A stretch of 64,000 nucleotides of DNA from the human T2T-CHM13v2.0 reference genome, Homo sapiens. Below the pieces are notes generated by a model. That model saw nothing but the letters and a program-made list of their open reading frames with translations, searched no databases and had not been told where the DNA came from. This document shows positions 41,005-57,162 of the stretch, in pieces; within the stretch, counting starts at the first letter, position 1, and every line of letters starts with the position of its first letter. The stretch is from NCBI RefSeq assembly GCF_009914755.1, contig NC_060933.1; one strand, written 5' to 3'. Made by a program: the position numbers and the translations under genes.

Positions 41005-42510
41005 ATTAGGAAATCCATAACTGTAATATATAATATAAACAGCCTAAGTAATAGGAATCACGTCATCATTTCAGTAGATGCAAAATATCTTTGGTAATTA
41101 TTTATTATTTTAATAAATAGAAAATAGAATAGAATAATTCATTTGTATTTGTTGCAGAGTATCTTGTTCCAAAAAATCAATTTAATGATAAAATATTATT
41201 TACTTCAATTTTACAACTTACTTTTTTATTGAACAAAACATGCATATCTCACCATTCACTTTTAAAGTGAATCCGTTTAAATCAAGAATGAAATAAGGAT
41301 CTTGTTATTATATAGTGTTATTTGGAAAGTTCCGGGGAATTCAGTAATTGTTTAAGTATTGGAAAGTTACATAGTAATCATTTTTGAAATCAATAAGGTA
41401 TACCTAAAAATTATTTTAAAACTCCTAAAATGTTTGAATCACAAGACATTTAAATGTAGGAATATAACATAATTATGCCAAAAATTATATTTTAAACATT
41501 GATAACAGCCAGAAGTAAAACACAATGGAAAAAAGAAATGTTTCATTTGGAATCATGAAAAATGAAATAGTTAAAGAACATTACATATATATATATGTGT
41601 ATATATATGTAACCTAGCTTTAAAAAAAGACAAAATAAAATAAAATCAAGACATATATATGTTTATATATAGAGAGAGAGAGACAGAAAGAGAAACATGT
41701 GGATAAGTGTACTGTATTTCAGAAAGTGGTGACAAAATGTTGCAAAGATGTCTAGTCTAGTTATCTTATAGAATTAGAGTTAGAATTCAATTAAAATTTA
41801 ATCTGTACTTTTTTGTGCTGTGGAATTTAGCAAAATGATTCTGAAATTTATTTTGAAAAATAAACAAATGAAAATATCAAGCAGTAGTCATAAAATAACA
41901 TCAACAGTATGTAAGGAGAAAGCGAAGAGTAACTTTAACAGAACTATTACACAGAAACAATAATTAAAACTCCATGACACCACTTCCCATATGAATATAT
42001 CATTCAGTGAATTAGAAGAGAAAGATCAGAAACTGAATCAAAATATTTAAGAACTTCCTCTATTACAATTACACTCTTATAAACAATATAAAAGAATCAT
42101 TTTAAGTATGGAGTGAGAATATTGGTTAACAACTTGAAAAAAGAACAAATTGAATCCACATCATTCTCTAAAAGGCAAAATATCTCCGTATGGAATAAAA
42201 ATGTAAATAAAGTCAAACCATAGTAAAATTAGCAGAATATAATTTGTATGTATCAGATCTGGGAAAAAAATGATCACTCTCTCCTCCTTACAGCAGAAGA
42301 AATCACAAGATAAATAACTGGAGAACCCCTCCAAAAAAATTACATGCAAGAAGATGCCCTGGCAACATTAATGACAGAAGTGAAATATTGAAACTAAAAT
42401 ATATCTGTGAGAAGAGGGTTTTGTTAACTAAATTATTATATTTCAGTATATTATAACAGTATGCTGGTATTTATACATGATGATCATTAAGACTAGGTAA
42501 AATTATTAGA
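41005..42510 (+). mobile_element. Ancient L1M (L1ME/L1M5-like) ORF2-to-3' remnant
   Basis: 'aatcacgtcatcatttcagtagatgcaaaa', 'caaaatgattctgaaatttatttt' are degenerate L1 ORF2 motifs; very A-rich. Confidence 0.65.
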
Positions 42511-43833
42511 AATGTTTATGACAAAATCTTAGGTGAGAACATGACAAAATATATTTATAGCTTTTGAAAACCGTGTATACTCATTAGTAAGTTCTAGAGG
42601 CAATATCTTAAATCGGTTGATTGATAGCATGTACAGATTTGTCTGCGTGGAATCAGGCAAATGGTTTAGTCTTCCAAGTCCTAATTTCTCATTAACGAAA
42701 TAGAGGCACTTCATATCATTTTAAAGATTCCTCACGCTAGCATAATTAAAGTGTTTGGCTGATAGTCATTGCTCAACAAATCTATTATAATTAGGGGAAA
42801 TATAGTATTCATCTTTCTTAAAGTTTCTTAAAACCGTGATGCTACTGCTTTTACACCACCCCAAAAAGCTGTTAAGTGATAACCAAGATAATCCAAATAT
42901 CATCTGAGCAAATCAATGCTCCATGATTAGAACTCCCTCACCCCTTGCTATCTACTTACAAGGTTTCAAACTTCCTGAACCAATCCAAAGAAATAAAAGT
43001 AGTTATAACATTCACAATATTTTTATGTTTGGGCAAAGGGTTAACACAATGTTTTTTGTTTCTGTGTGGGTCTGATCTTTGGTGGTCTTCCTAGCTGTTA
43101 CCTTGGAAAGAAATAAAGATGGTAGATGTCAACTATGTTATTAAGCAACATTGATTATGATGAAAAGAAGTGACCTTTGATAGACAGATTGTATCTAACC
43201 TGGGAGAACTATAAATCCTTGATGTGAGGCCAAACTTTGGGTTTCCCTAAATGTGATGACTCATAATTGGCCTGCCTCTCCGTAGAGACTCTGAAAGCTC
43301 TATCTATGGAATTGTCACAACAGATACTGACTCCTATCAGGCATGAGGCTTTCAAGCCAGGGCAGCCCCCACACCTGTCCAATGTGGATTTCACTTCTCC
43401 CTAAGTGAGTTGACCATGGGCAGTTGTGCCTTCTGCTGTGTAGACTGCTGTAAGGACTCCAGTGGAGAGGAATGTCTGAAGCTTCCCTGGGGACCAACTC
43501 TGGTTCTTGTCCTATGTCTTCTGAGTGGTCTAATGTCAAGTGTAGCATACGGGAGTGTAGTGTGTGTGAAAGTTTAGTCAAATCTAAGAAGATCCCTGAT
43601 GACTGCTACAGTAAAAAAATTAAAAATAAAGAATTACTTGTATCCTTGGAATTGAGACAGGGAAAATGTTTTCTATAATTTTTTAAAAGTGTCAAGTATT
43701 ACTTCATTGATTAGCACCACATTTTAAAGCAAATGAGAATCAGAGAGAAAAAGTACATATATGAACAGGGGCATCAGGGGAAGATTAAAAAATTTCTTGG
43801 GAGAAATGCTGTAGACAGTGTTCAGGAATAGGT

Positions 43834-44173
43834 TGTATTAGTCTGTTCTCATGCTGCTAATAAAGATATACCCAAGACTGGGTAATTTATAAAGGGAAGA
43901 GGTTTAATGAACTCACAGTTCCACGTGGGTGGGGAGGCCTTACAATCATGACAGAAGACGAAGGGTAAGCAAAGGACATTTTACATGGCAGCAAGCAAGA
44001 GAGCTTGTGTAGGGGAACTCCCCTTTATAAAACCAAATGAGAACAGCAAAGAAAAAACCTGCCCCCATGATTCAATTACCTCCCACTTGGTTCCCCCCTC
44101 CCCACCCATGACATGTGGGGTTATTCCAATTCAAGGTGAGATTCGGGTGGGGACACACAGCCAAACCATATCA
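43834..44173 (-). mobile_element. THE1B/C MaLR solo LTR
   Basis: 'tgtattagtctgttctcatgctgctaataaaga...ggggacacacagccaaaccatatca'; 5-bp TSD taggt/caggt; small internal deletion near 44035. Confidence 0.93.
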
Positions 44174-44595
44174 CAGGTTATTGACAACTTTGACTGGACA
44201 GTAAGTTCAATCTATCCCACTTCTGAATCTCTGACAAAATCACACAGGACTATGTAGCCCCATCCCATGGCTACAGTACTCCAGGGAAGCTTTATCACAG
44301 CACAAATAGCTGTTCATGGGTGGCTTTCTTGCAACAGCTTCAGACAGACTGTGCTCATGCTTTACCTAGTTTTGTACAAAAGGCCAGCATATGAGAGTCC
44401 AATTTATCTCAAGAGAAAGCAGGAATGAGACTCACTGGGTGACTGAAAGAGCTAAAAGAGCTCCTGAAGGAAGCACTAAACATGGAAAGGAACAACCGGT
44501 ACCAGCCACTGCAAAATCATGCCAAATTGTAAAGACCATCGAGGCTAGGAAGTAACTACATCAACTAACGAGCAAAATAACCAGCTAACATGATA

Positions 44596-48417
<3,822 letters not shown>

Positions 48418-48460
48418 ACAATGAGAACACATGGACACAGGAAGGGGAACATCACACTCT

Positions 48461-48489
48461 GGGGACTGTTGTGGGGTGGGGGAGGGGGG
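48461..48489 (+). other. G-quadruplex-prone tract of the L1 3'UTR
   Basis: G-runs in 'ggggactgttgtggggtggggggagggggg'; standard L1PA feature. Confidence 0.75.
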
Positions 48490-48712
48490 AGCGATAGCAT
48501 TGGGAGATATACCTAATGTAAATGACGAGTTAATGGGTGCAGCACACCAGCATGGCACATGTATACATATGTAACTAACCTGCACATTGTGCACATGTAC
48601 CCTAAAACTTAAAGTATAATAATAATAAAATAAAAATAAAAATATATATGTAGACAATAAATCAATTTAGCATTCAAATCAATTACCAAGAAAATAAAAG
48701 CTTAAAAGGTAA

Positions 48713-49770
48713 TCTGCACAGCAAAAGACACTATCAACAAAATGAAGAGACAACCTATAGAATGGAAGAAAATATTTATAAATCATACTTGCAATAAGGG
48801 GTTAGTATCAAAAATACATATGGAATTCAAACAACTCATTAGTAAGAAAATAAATAAGTCAATTTAAAAATGGGCAAAGGACCGCAATAGACATTTCTAA
48901 AGAGAAGACATACAATGGCCAACAGGTATGTGAAAAACTTTTCAACATCACTAATCATCAGGAAAATGCAAATTAAAACCAAAATAAGATATCATCTCAT
49001 ACCTGTTTGAATAGCTATTGTCAAAAAGACAAAAGATAACAAGTGTTGGTGAGAATGTGGAGAAAAGGAAACTCTTGTACACTGTTGATGGAAATGCAAA
49101 TTGGTACAGACATTATGAACAATAGTATGGAGTTTCCTCCAAATATTAAAAATAGGCCTACTGTATGATCCAGTAGTCCCACTACTGAGTATATGTCCAA
49201 AGGAAATGACATCAGTATGTCAAAATGATATCTGCATTCCCATGTTTATTGCAGCATTATTCACAATAACCAAGAAATTGAATCAACCTGTGTTTTTCAG
49301 TGGATGAATGGATAAAGTAAATATAGTATATATACACAATGGAATACTATTCAGCTTTTAAAAAGAAGGAAATCCTATCATTTGCCACAACATGGATAAA
49401 ACTGGAGGACGTTATGTTAAGTAATATTAGCCAGGTACAGAAAGACAAATGCTGCATGATCCCACATAAGGAATCTAAAAAAGTATAACTCACAGAAACA
49501 GAGAGTAGAATGATGGTTACCAGGGATGAGGTGGAAGGAGATTGGGGAGATGTTGGCTAAGAGATCTATTATGCATCATGGAGGCTATAGGTAACAATGA
49601 TGTATCGTATACTTGAAAATTGCTAAAAGAGTAGATTTTAAGTGTTCTCACCACAAATGAATGATGTGTTTGAGGTAATAGATATGTTAATTAGCTTGAT
49701 TTAGCCAATCTACAATGTATACATATTACAAAACATCATGTTACCCACCATAAATTTATATAATTTTTAT
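48713..49770 (+). mobile_element. L1MA8/9-like 3' fragment
   Basis: ORF2 tail 'ctgcacagcaaaaga...' and 3'UTR 'aaaattgctaaaagagtagattttaagtgttctcaccaca...ttaattagcttgatttagcc'. Confidence 0.85.
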
Positions 49771-51340
49771 TGATACATAATAATTGTACATATTTATGGG
49801 GTCCATGTGATATTTTGATAAACTTGTAAAATGTGTAATGATCAAATCAAGGTCATTAGTACATCCATCACCTCAGACATTTATCATTTTTCCATGTTGA
49901 GAACATTTCGGATCCTCTCCTTGACCTATTTTAAAATATATAATAACTTAGGTTAGCTATAATCACCCTACTGTGATATTAAACACTGGAACTTATTCCT
50001 CCTATCTAACTGTATTTTTGTATCTATTCAGCAACCTCTCTTCATTCTCCCTCACCCTTCCCAGCCTCTGGTAACCATGATACTATGCTTACCTCCATGA
50101 CCAACGTTTTTACTTTCCACATGTGAGTAAGAACATGGGATATTTGTATTTCTGTGTCTGGCTTATTTCACTTAAAATAAGGACCTCCAGTTCCATCCGT
50201 TGCTAAAAAATCGCAGGATTTTATTATTTATTATGGCTGAATAGTATTCCATTGTGTATATATACCACATTTTCTTTATCCATTCATCAATTGATGGGCA
50301 CTTGGCTGATTTCATATCTTGGCTATCATGAATAACGCTGCAATAAATATGAATGTACAGATATCTCTTTGACCTACTGATTTTCTTTACTTTGGATATG
50401 TACCCAGCAGTGGGATTGCTGGATCACATGGTATTTCTGTTTGTAGTTTTTTGAGTAACCGTCATACTATTTCCCATAGTGGTTATACTAATTTATATTT
50501 CCATCAGCAATATACTAGCATTCCCTTTTCTCCTTGCCAGCATCTGCTATTTTCCATCCTTTTGATAAAAGCCATTTTAACTATGATGAGATGATTGCTT
50601 ATTGTGATTTTGACTTGCATTACCCTGATGATTAGTTAATGTGGAACATTTTTTCGTATGTCTATTGATCATCTGTATGTCTTCTTTTGAGAAATGCCTA
50701 TTCAGATCATTTGCCCATTTTACAATCAGATTATTTGGGGATTTTTTTTTTTACTGTTAAGTCATATTCTGAGAATTAATCCCTTCTGAAGATTTGCAAA
50801 CATTTTCTACCATTTCATACGTTTTCTCTTCACTCTGTTGTTTCCTTTTTCTATGCAGAAGCTTTCTTCTTGATGTAATCCAATTTGTCTATTTTTTCTT
50901 TCATTGCCTGTGTGTTTGAGGTCTTAACCAAAAATCTCATCCCAGACCAATCTCCGAAAGCATTTCCCCAATGTTTTCTTCTAGTAGTGTCATAGTTTCA
51001 AGTTGAATATTTAAGTTCTTTAATCTATTTTATTTGATTTTTGTATATACTTTCATTTTTCTGCTTATAAATATTCATATTCCAGCAACATTCATTGAAG
51101 AAACTCTCCTCTCTCCACTGAAAATTCTTGATGCATTTGTCAAAAATGAGTTTGCTCCAAATATACGGATTTATTTCTGGGTTCTCTATTCAGTTCTATT
51201 GGTCTATGTATCTATTTTTATGCCAGTACTATGCTGTTTTGGTTAGAATAGCTTTGTAGTATATCTTAAAATCAGGTAGTAGGATGCCTCCAGCTTTTTT
51301 CTTTTTGCTCTGAATTATTTTGGCTATGTGGGGTCTTCTG
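49761..51340 (-). mobile_element. L1MA4/5-like 3' fragment
   Basis: 'ttgtacatatttatggggtccatgtgatattttgata...aatgtgtaatgatcaaatca...ccatcacctca'; continues into antisense ORF2 tail. Confidence 0.88.
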
Positions 51341-51344
51341 TTTC

Positions 51345-51631
51345 CTAATTCTCCACCCTTTTCCAGGTTGTGTTCTATTGCCCTGGCCTGCATTCAGCAA
51401 GAATCCTGTTAGGTCACTTTATCCAGAATCCCCCTTTGCTCCTGATATAATTTCCTCTCGCAATTTTCTATCCACTGAGCCCCACCCTGCTCCTTGGCTA
51501 TAAATTCCCACTTTTCCCTGTTGAGCCTTGTTTCTCCTTCCTACTACAAAACCCCATTGTAGTAGTCCTTATTGCACAAAGTGTTTTTTTATCATCTTTG
51601 CCAAGTGTCAGGAGTAACATTTTCCTTAACA
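51345..51631 (+). mobile_element. MER31-like ERV1 LTR, 3' part
   Basis: 'cagcaagaatcctgttaggtca', 'ctgctccttggctataaattccc' (TATA box), ends 'ttccttaaca'. Confidence 0.75.
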
Positions 51632-52744
51632 GGGCCCAGAAACAGACCAACCAAAAAGAAGGAAATGACAGGAAGATAATGAAAAGAAATCTGGGAGGAC
51701 AGCAAAGAAGCAGGCCCAGTACAGATCAAAGCAAGAGGGTTAAGGAATTGAGGAATGATACTACCAAGAAAAAAAGAAATAGGAACCTATGGTGTCAGCT
51801 GTGAGCAATACTTACATAATCCTAAAAATGTAAACTAAAAATTCAGTGTTTAATTTTGCATGACAAAAACTGTAAATAATTTAAATGTCCAAAAAGTAGG
51901 GGTATTATTAAATTTGTGTGTATTTAGAAGATGAAATACCATATAAAAATTAATGAATGAACTAGATATATTTGTACTGACATGGTTAAATATCAGTAAC
52001 ATGAGATTCATTATGAAAAGAGCAGTTGAAGTAAATATTTATGTAAATATTTAAATTTAAAACAATGTCATTATTGTGATTACATATATATTAGTTTAAA
52101 AGTAAAATATATAAATTAGATATTCACAAAATTCATGATGATGATTGGATGGAGGGGAAGAAGGAAAAAGAAGGATCACGATTGCTAAGAGGAATATTGG
52201 AGACTCTGATCTAACTGTAGTGATTTATTTCTTTAAAAAATAATCTGAAGCCATTATTACCTATAACATACTCATCCCGAGGTTGAAGACATAGTGTTTG
52301 TTACAGTAGTATCCTTTGTAGAGTATGTTATTTTCTCACTCTAAAACAAAGATTTCAAGAAGCAATTTGCCTACAAAATTTCAGCCCCTTGATAGCCACA
52401 GAAACCAAGTTCTAGCAGAGAATTTAGGAGGAATGTGGCCTATCATTTTGTAATTAAGCAATTTATATCAGTCTTTTCTATTTCAGAACTCTCTAAACTA
52501 AAGTCTCCTAGTGATAAGTGCAGTAAACATCACTATTGACTATTGATAGATCAGTATCCTGGAGGGCACACCCTTCCATTAAGAACATTTTCCTCTGCTA
52601 CCATCAGACCAAGGCACTGACCATAATGATAAACATTTCCATGCAATTTGCCAGACACTTACAGAGTTTACCTTTATTGAGTGCATAATGTACCAGGAAG
52701 TGTACTTTCATATTTATTAAGTGTCCCCCTAAGAGCCCGAGAGT

Positions 52745-52970
52745 ATCACATAGTAGAAGAAATGTGAGCTTTAGAATAGGCAAACCTAAGCCTCGAACTG
52801 CTTCATCTCTTGCATGCCTTGTGAGCTACAAAATTTCTCTGACCCAGTTTCTTCGTACATAAACTGGAGAAAATTTGCTTACCTTATAGGTAATTATAAA
52901 AGGTGAATGAGATGATATCCGCATAGAGTCTAACACAGTACCTAAGCAGGACCTCGGTAAATGTTACCTT
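52745..52970 (+). mobile_element. MIR SINE
   Basis: 'tctctgacccagtttcttc...aatgagatgat...taacacagtacct'. Confidence 0.6.
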
Positions 52971-53034
52971 TCTCTTTTATAAAGTTCTGGGGGATTCAGT
53001 AATGTGACCCTGGTCACACCAAAATGAGAGAATC

Positions 53035-53270
53035 AAGGAGGCATGACCGTTAAGTGCATTGACTCTAGAGCCGGGCTGCCCAGGTTCAAATCCCAGCCCT
53101 GCCACTTACCAGCTGTGTAACTTTGGACAAGTTATTTAATCTCTCTGTTGCTTAGTTTTCTCATAAGTAAAATAAGAATAGTAGGGAAACTACCTCATAG
53201 GGTTGTTATTAGATAACTGAGCACTTGGAACAAAATGTAGTACATAAAAGCACTATGTAATTGAATGAAT
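53035..53270 (+). mobile_element. MIR SINE
   Basis: 'ggttcaaatcccagccctgccacttaccagctgtgtaactttggacaagttatttaatctctctg'. Confidence 0.9.
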
Positions 53271-53590
53271 AATAAGTAATATATATGTCATGAATTCAAT
53301 ACATAGAAATTCATACTCCATGGAAGGAAATGTAGAGCTCCCCGTTTCACTGCACTATAGCACCACCAGCAACTAGCAGGGCTGGTGTCATATGCACATT
53401 CTGGTTTGGGGGTGGTTTGTGTCTATTATTCTTAAGTTTGGAGGGTGTAAAAGAAAGAGACATAAAGGGAAAGTTTGTCATTGACATCTTTAACTCTTAC
53501 CTTCTGCGGATGGTACTCTTTTCAGTTATTTTGTATTTTTTTTCAAAAGTTTTAACTAAGCAAGTCATGGAAGCTCAATCTTAAGGTTTA

Positions 53591-53901
53591 GGCCAGGCAC
53601 AGTCACTCAGACCTATAATCTCAGCACTTTGTGGGCCCAAGGTATGCCAATGGCTTGAGCTCAGGAGTTCGAGACCAGCCTGAGCAACATGGCAAGATGG
53701 TGTTTCTATGAAAAATACAAAAATTAACTGGGCATGGTGGCATGCACCTGTAGTACCAGCTATTCTGGGGGCTGAGGTGGGAAGATAGCTTGAGACTAGA
53801 AAGCTGAGGCTACAGTGAGCCATGATCGCACCACTGCACTCCAGCCTGGGTAAGATCCTGTCCCCAAAAAAATAAAGTAAAACAGAATAAATAAATACAT
53901 A
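53591..53901 (+). mobile_element. AluJ (Jb-like) SINE
   Basis: Diverged dimer with 'gcttgagctcaggag' and 'gaggtgggaagatagcttgag'; 14-bp TSD aatcttaaggttta (53577-53590) / aatcttagggttta (53902-53915). Confidence 0.93.
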
Positions 53902-55739
53902 AATCTTAGGGTTTAGCTACAATAATAGACCCCCATGTTTGCACTGAAATATGGACAAGTCTCTGTTCCTCTGTGACATGTCCTTTTCTTTTTCACCAGC
54001 AGCAGTGAGAACTAGCTGGCAACAATTTCCCATTATCCTCCTTCTGAAGGGCATGCATAACTCACTTAATTGCTTCACACTACAGTACACTGCTATCTAG
54101 AACCAGTCTGTTTATTTCCATTGTAACAGCATAGAAATAAATAAGCAATTTTCATACATTAGGAAACATAAGCATGCCAGAGTCTAATACATACATACGT
54201 ATGTGATTAATAAACCAGAGCACTTAGATGAAATACACTGCACAGCACAAACACCATTCCATTAGAGCAGCCACTTGGGTGTGAGATATCACCCAGAGTT
54301 GTCTCACTGCTGGGCCCAGTAAAACAGTGCCAGGGTGGAAACTCATGGCACTTCCTCAGGATGAAAGCTCTCCTTTAGATTGAAAAATGAAGAGTGAGAA
54401 ATGGAGAGCCAACTGTCCTGCTTTTGTAAGTGGTATTGGCTTTTGGTGAGCTATGAGCAGGCTTCATGACTCTGAGCAAATATATTTTCTGTGTCTTGTT
54501 TATTAATGGACAGAAAAGCTAGCCTGAAAATGAAATTGATTTTATTCACTTAGGATTTTATACTCCATTGCACAACCACAACCCAGCAAATTTTTCATTA
54601 AGAGAGATAATTACTTTAATGAAGATTAAATATAATTTAAAATTCACATTTATCTTTATCTACCTAATGCAGGTCAGAATTAGCCTAAAATGGCTGGGAA
54701 ATGGGGAAGAAATGGGTTTCTTCAAAAAATTCCCCATCTGTTTAAGAGGAAATTGTCCTAATCTGACTGTCATTCCTGCCTTTTTTTTTTTCCTCTTTCT
54801 CCTCTTCCTCCCGTTCTATCCATTAATGTCTCCCACATCAGGCCCAAATCAGACCTTCTGCTTTATAATAATCCTAATTTGGGGATGTTTCACAGAGGCT
54901 GCAGGATAGCAGCAATTAATAGCCAGGATGCTTAGTGATCTGTGAAAAGCTGTATTCATGATGGGCATGTAGAAGAGAAACACTGAGATCAAAGAAGTGG
55001 CAGGTTAGTTTTAGAAATATCCTCCTTCCTTAACACAAAGTGCTTTACTCCAGTTGTCAAAGATAGGAAGCCAAGAATCATTTTAAACTCATCAGTATTA
55101 CTCATATTTTATGTGGTGTTAGAACTGGTCATCATTAATGGCATTTGTGTATTGTTGTGGAAAGGGCATGTGCCTGGGAAACAGAAAAATGCAATGTTTA
55201 CTCCTGGTTTTTCCTCTTTTCAGATGTAGTTAAAAATTGTTTCTTTGCTGAATCTCAGGGTCCTCATTTGTGAGATGGAGATAAGAATGCCCACCTTGAG
55301 TTCAGAGATGTAGAGTACCTGGCATTAAATAGGTACTCAACAAATGTAATATACTTTTTTACTATAACATAAATTTTCCTCTAAAAGCTTCAAATACTAC
55401 ACCAATGGGACAATTCTTCCTAGGTGACAGCAACACTCAATTCTGCAGAAGTAACCAGTCAGTTTTGCTCTGGGTTCTTGCTGTTACTGACCTAAGAGAT
55501 GGCTGAGGCTAAAGGGGTGGCACAGGGAAGCACAGGTTTGTCAAACCCATTAGCACAGATACACACAGTCCTGAGTGTTTGGAAATTTAATTTCCAGGGA
55601 AGAAAACCAAGTCTGGTTTAGTTGGGATATACAACTGGATCTGAGATGTAATATGTGAAATAATAGTTCTCATTTACTGAATACCAATGAGATATGGTAC
55701 ATTACATATATCAGCATATTACATGTTATCTTATTTAAT

Positions 55740-55870
55740 TAGTGTGACTATATAATTCATCATCTAAATCAAGACACATTCAGAGTAAAAGAGAATGCTA
55801 TAAATAATTAATCAAGACAACAGGTATAAACCCAGATGGTCCTGGACAAATTGAACATATGAATGCCCAT
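55740..55870 (+). mobile_element. MER81 nested in an antisense MIR (about 55660-56030)
   Basis: 'tagtgtgactatataattcatcatctaaatcaagacac...gacaacaggtataaacc'. Confidence 0.7.
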
Positions 55871-56989
55871 GTTTAATCCACACAATCACTGTATGAGCTA
55901 TAATTTACTGAGGGAAACTATGATTCAGAGAGATTAAAAGTAATGAGTCCAAGGATGTACAAACTAGCAAAAGGCAGACCCAGGGTTGGAACCTCTGTCT
56001 ATAAGATGCCAGAGGTTTTTTCCTCTAACATGCTTCCTCCTTGAAACCCTTTATTCAAGATATCAGCTATCAAATGACAGCATTAATTTCATTTTGAAAG
56101 TTTGCCTTTATTGAGTGAATAGCAAATTTCAAGCTCTGGGTCATGACTTCCAAATGCTATCAAGAAAGAGGGCAAAAAAAATTGTGAAGTGAAAGCAAAA
56201 TGATGCCAGTGAAAGCAGTTATATCCTAATGTGTATCCGGCTCTCTTTGAGTGCTCGATGCAGCCTGACTATCAAAGGCATGAGCTAATGCTTACTCAAG
56301 CATGGAGAATGACAGTCAATAAGGCCAGACGTCAATAAGCCTGTTTCCCAGGTACTGGTCTATATTCTCATGCACCCAATGGATTCCTTGATCTAAGTCA
56401 ACTCACTGCTGATATTAGGGACCTGAAATCACAAATGAATTTGATTTACTTCTATAACATTTTCTGGATCTTTTCTTTCCCCCAGAACATAATAAGGAGA
56501 AAAATGTTGAAAATGATCAACACTCACTCCTCTCCATGGTGTTTTAGTAGATAAAATAGATGGGTTTTCCACACTGTCAACCTTTGGCCTAACTATAATT
56601 GTTTATATTTTCCTTGTCTCTTTGCAAACCAGAAAGTGGGCCAGTCTAGCCTCTCTCGGAAGCTAGTCACATTGACAGACACAATAGAACTTGTATCCTG
56701 GCAAGGGAACAACAATTCAAATCAGTCATAAATTCCAAGCATCCTCAGTCACAATCCTTTAAGGAAAAACCATCCTCAGAAAGCAAGTAAGCCCCTAACT
56801 CTACGAGTGAGTGACCAGGTATTCCAATGATGCTGTAAAACAGACCACCTTGGGACATAATAAGAAATCCTGAGTCAAAATTCAATTATGTTTCTCTGAA
56901 GTTGTGTGATCTTAACATTTCACCCAAACCCTCTGAGCTTCAGACTTCTCAACTGTAAAGACATTGCTTCTCCAACTTTAGTAGGCATA

Positions 56990-57162
56990 AAAATTGCCCA
57001 TAAATGTCATTAAAACACATTCCTGGGTCCCATCTTTGGAGATTCTGATTTATTACATTTGGTGTAAAGCCAGAGAATTGCATTTCTAATAAGTTTCCAA
57101 GTGATGGTAATGATGATGATGATCATGATCATAACTGTGGGCTACACTTTGAGTAATACTAA
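56990..57162. mobile_element. MER5-type hAT MITE
   Basis: 'ttcctgggtccc...gagattctgattta...tgcatttctaataagtttccaagtgatg...cactttgagtaa'. Confidence 0.7.

Noticed and set aside
41581-41612. Palindromic ttacatatata...tatatatgtaa
   Set aside because: Self-complementarity is trivial for a (TA)n simple repeat.
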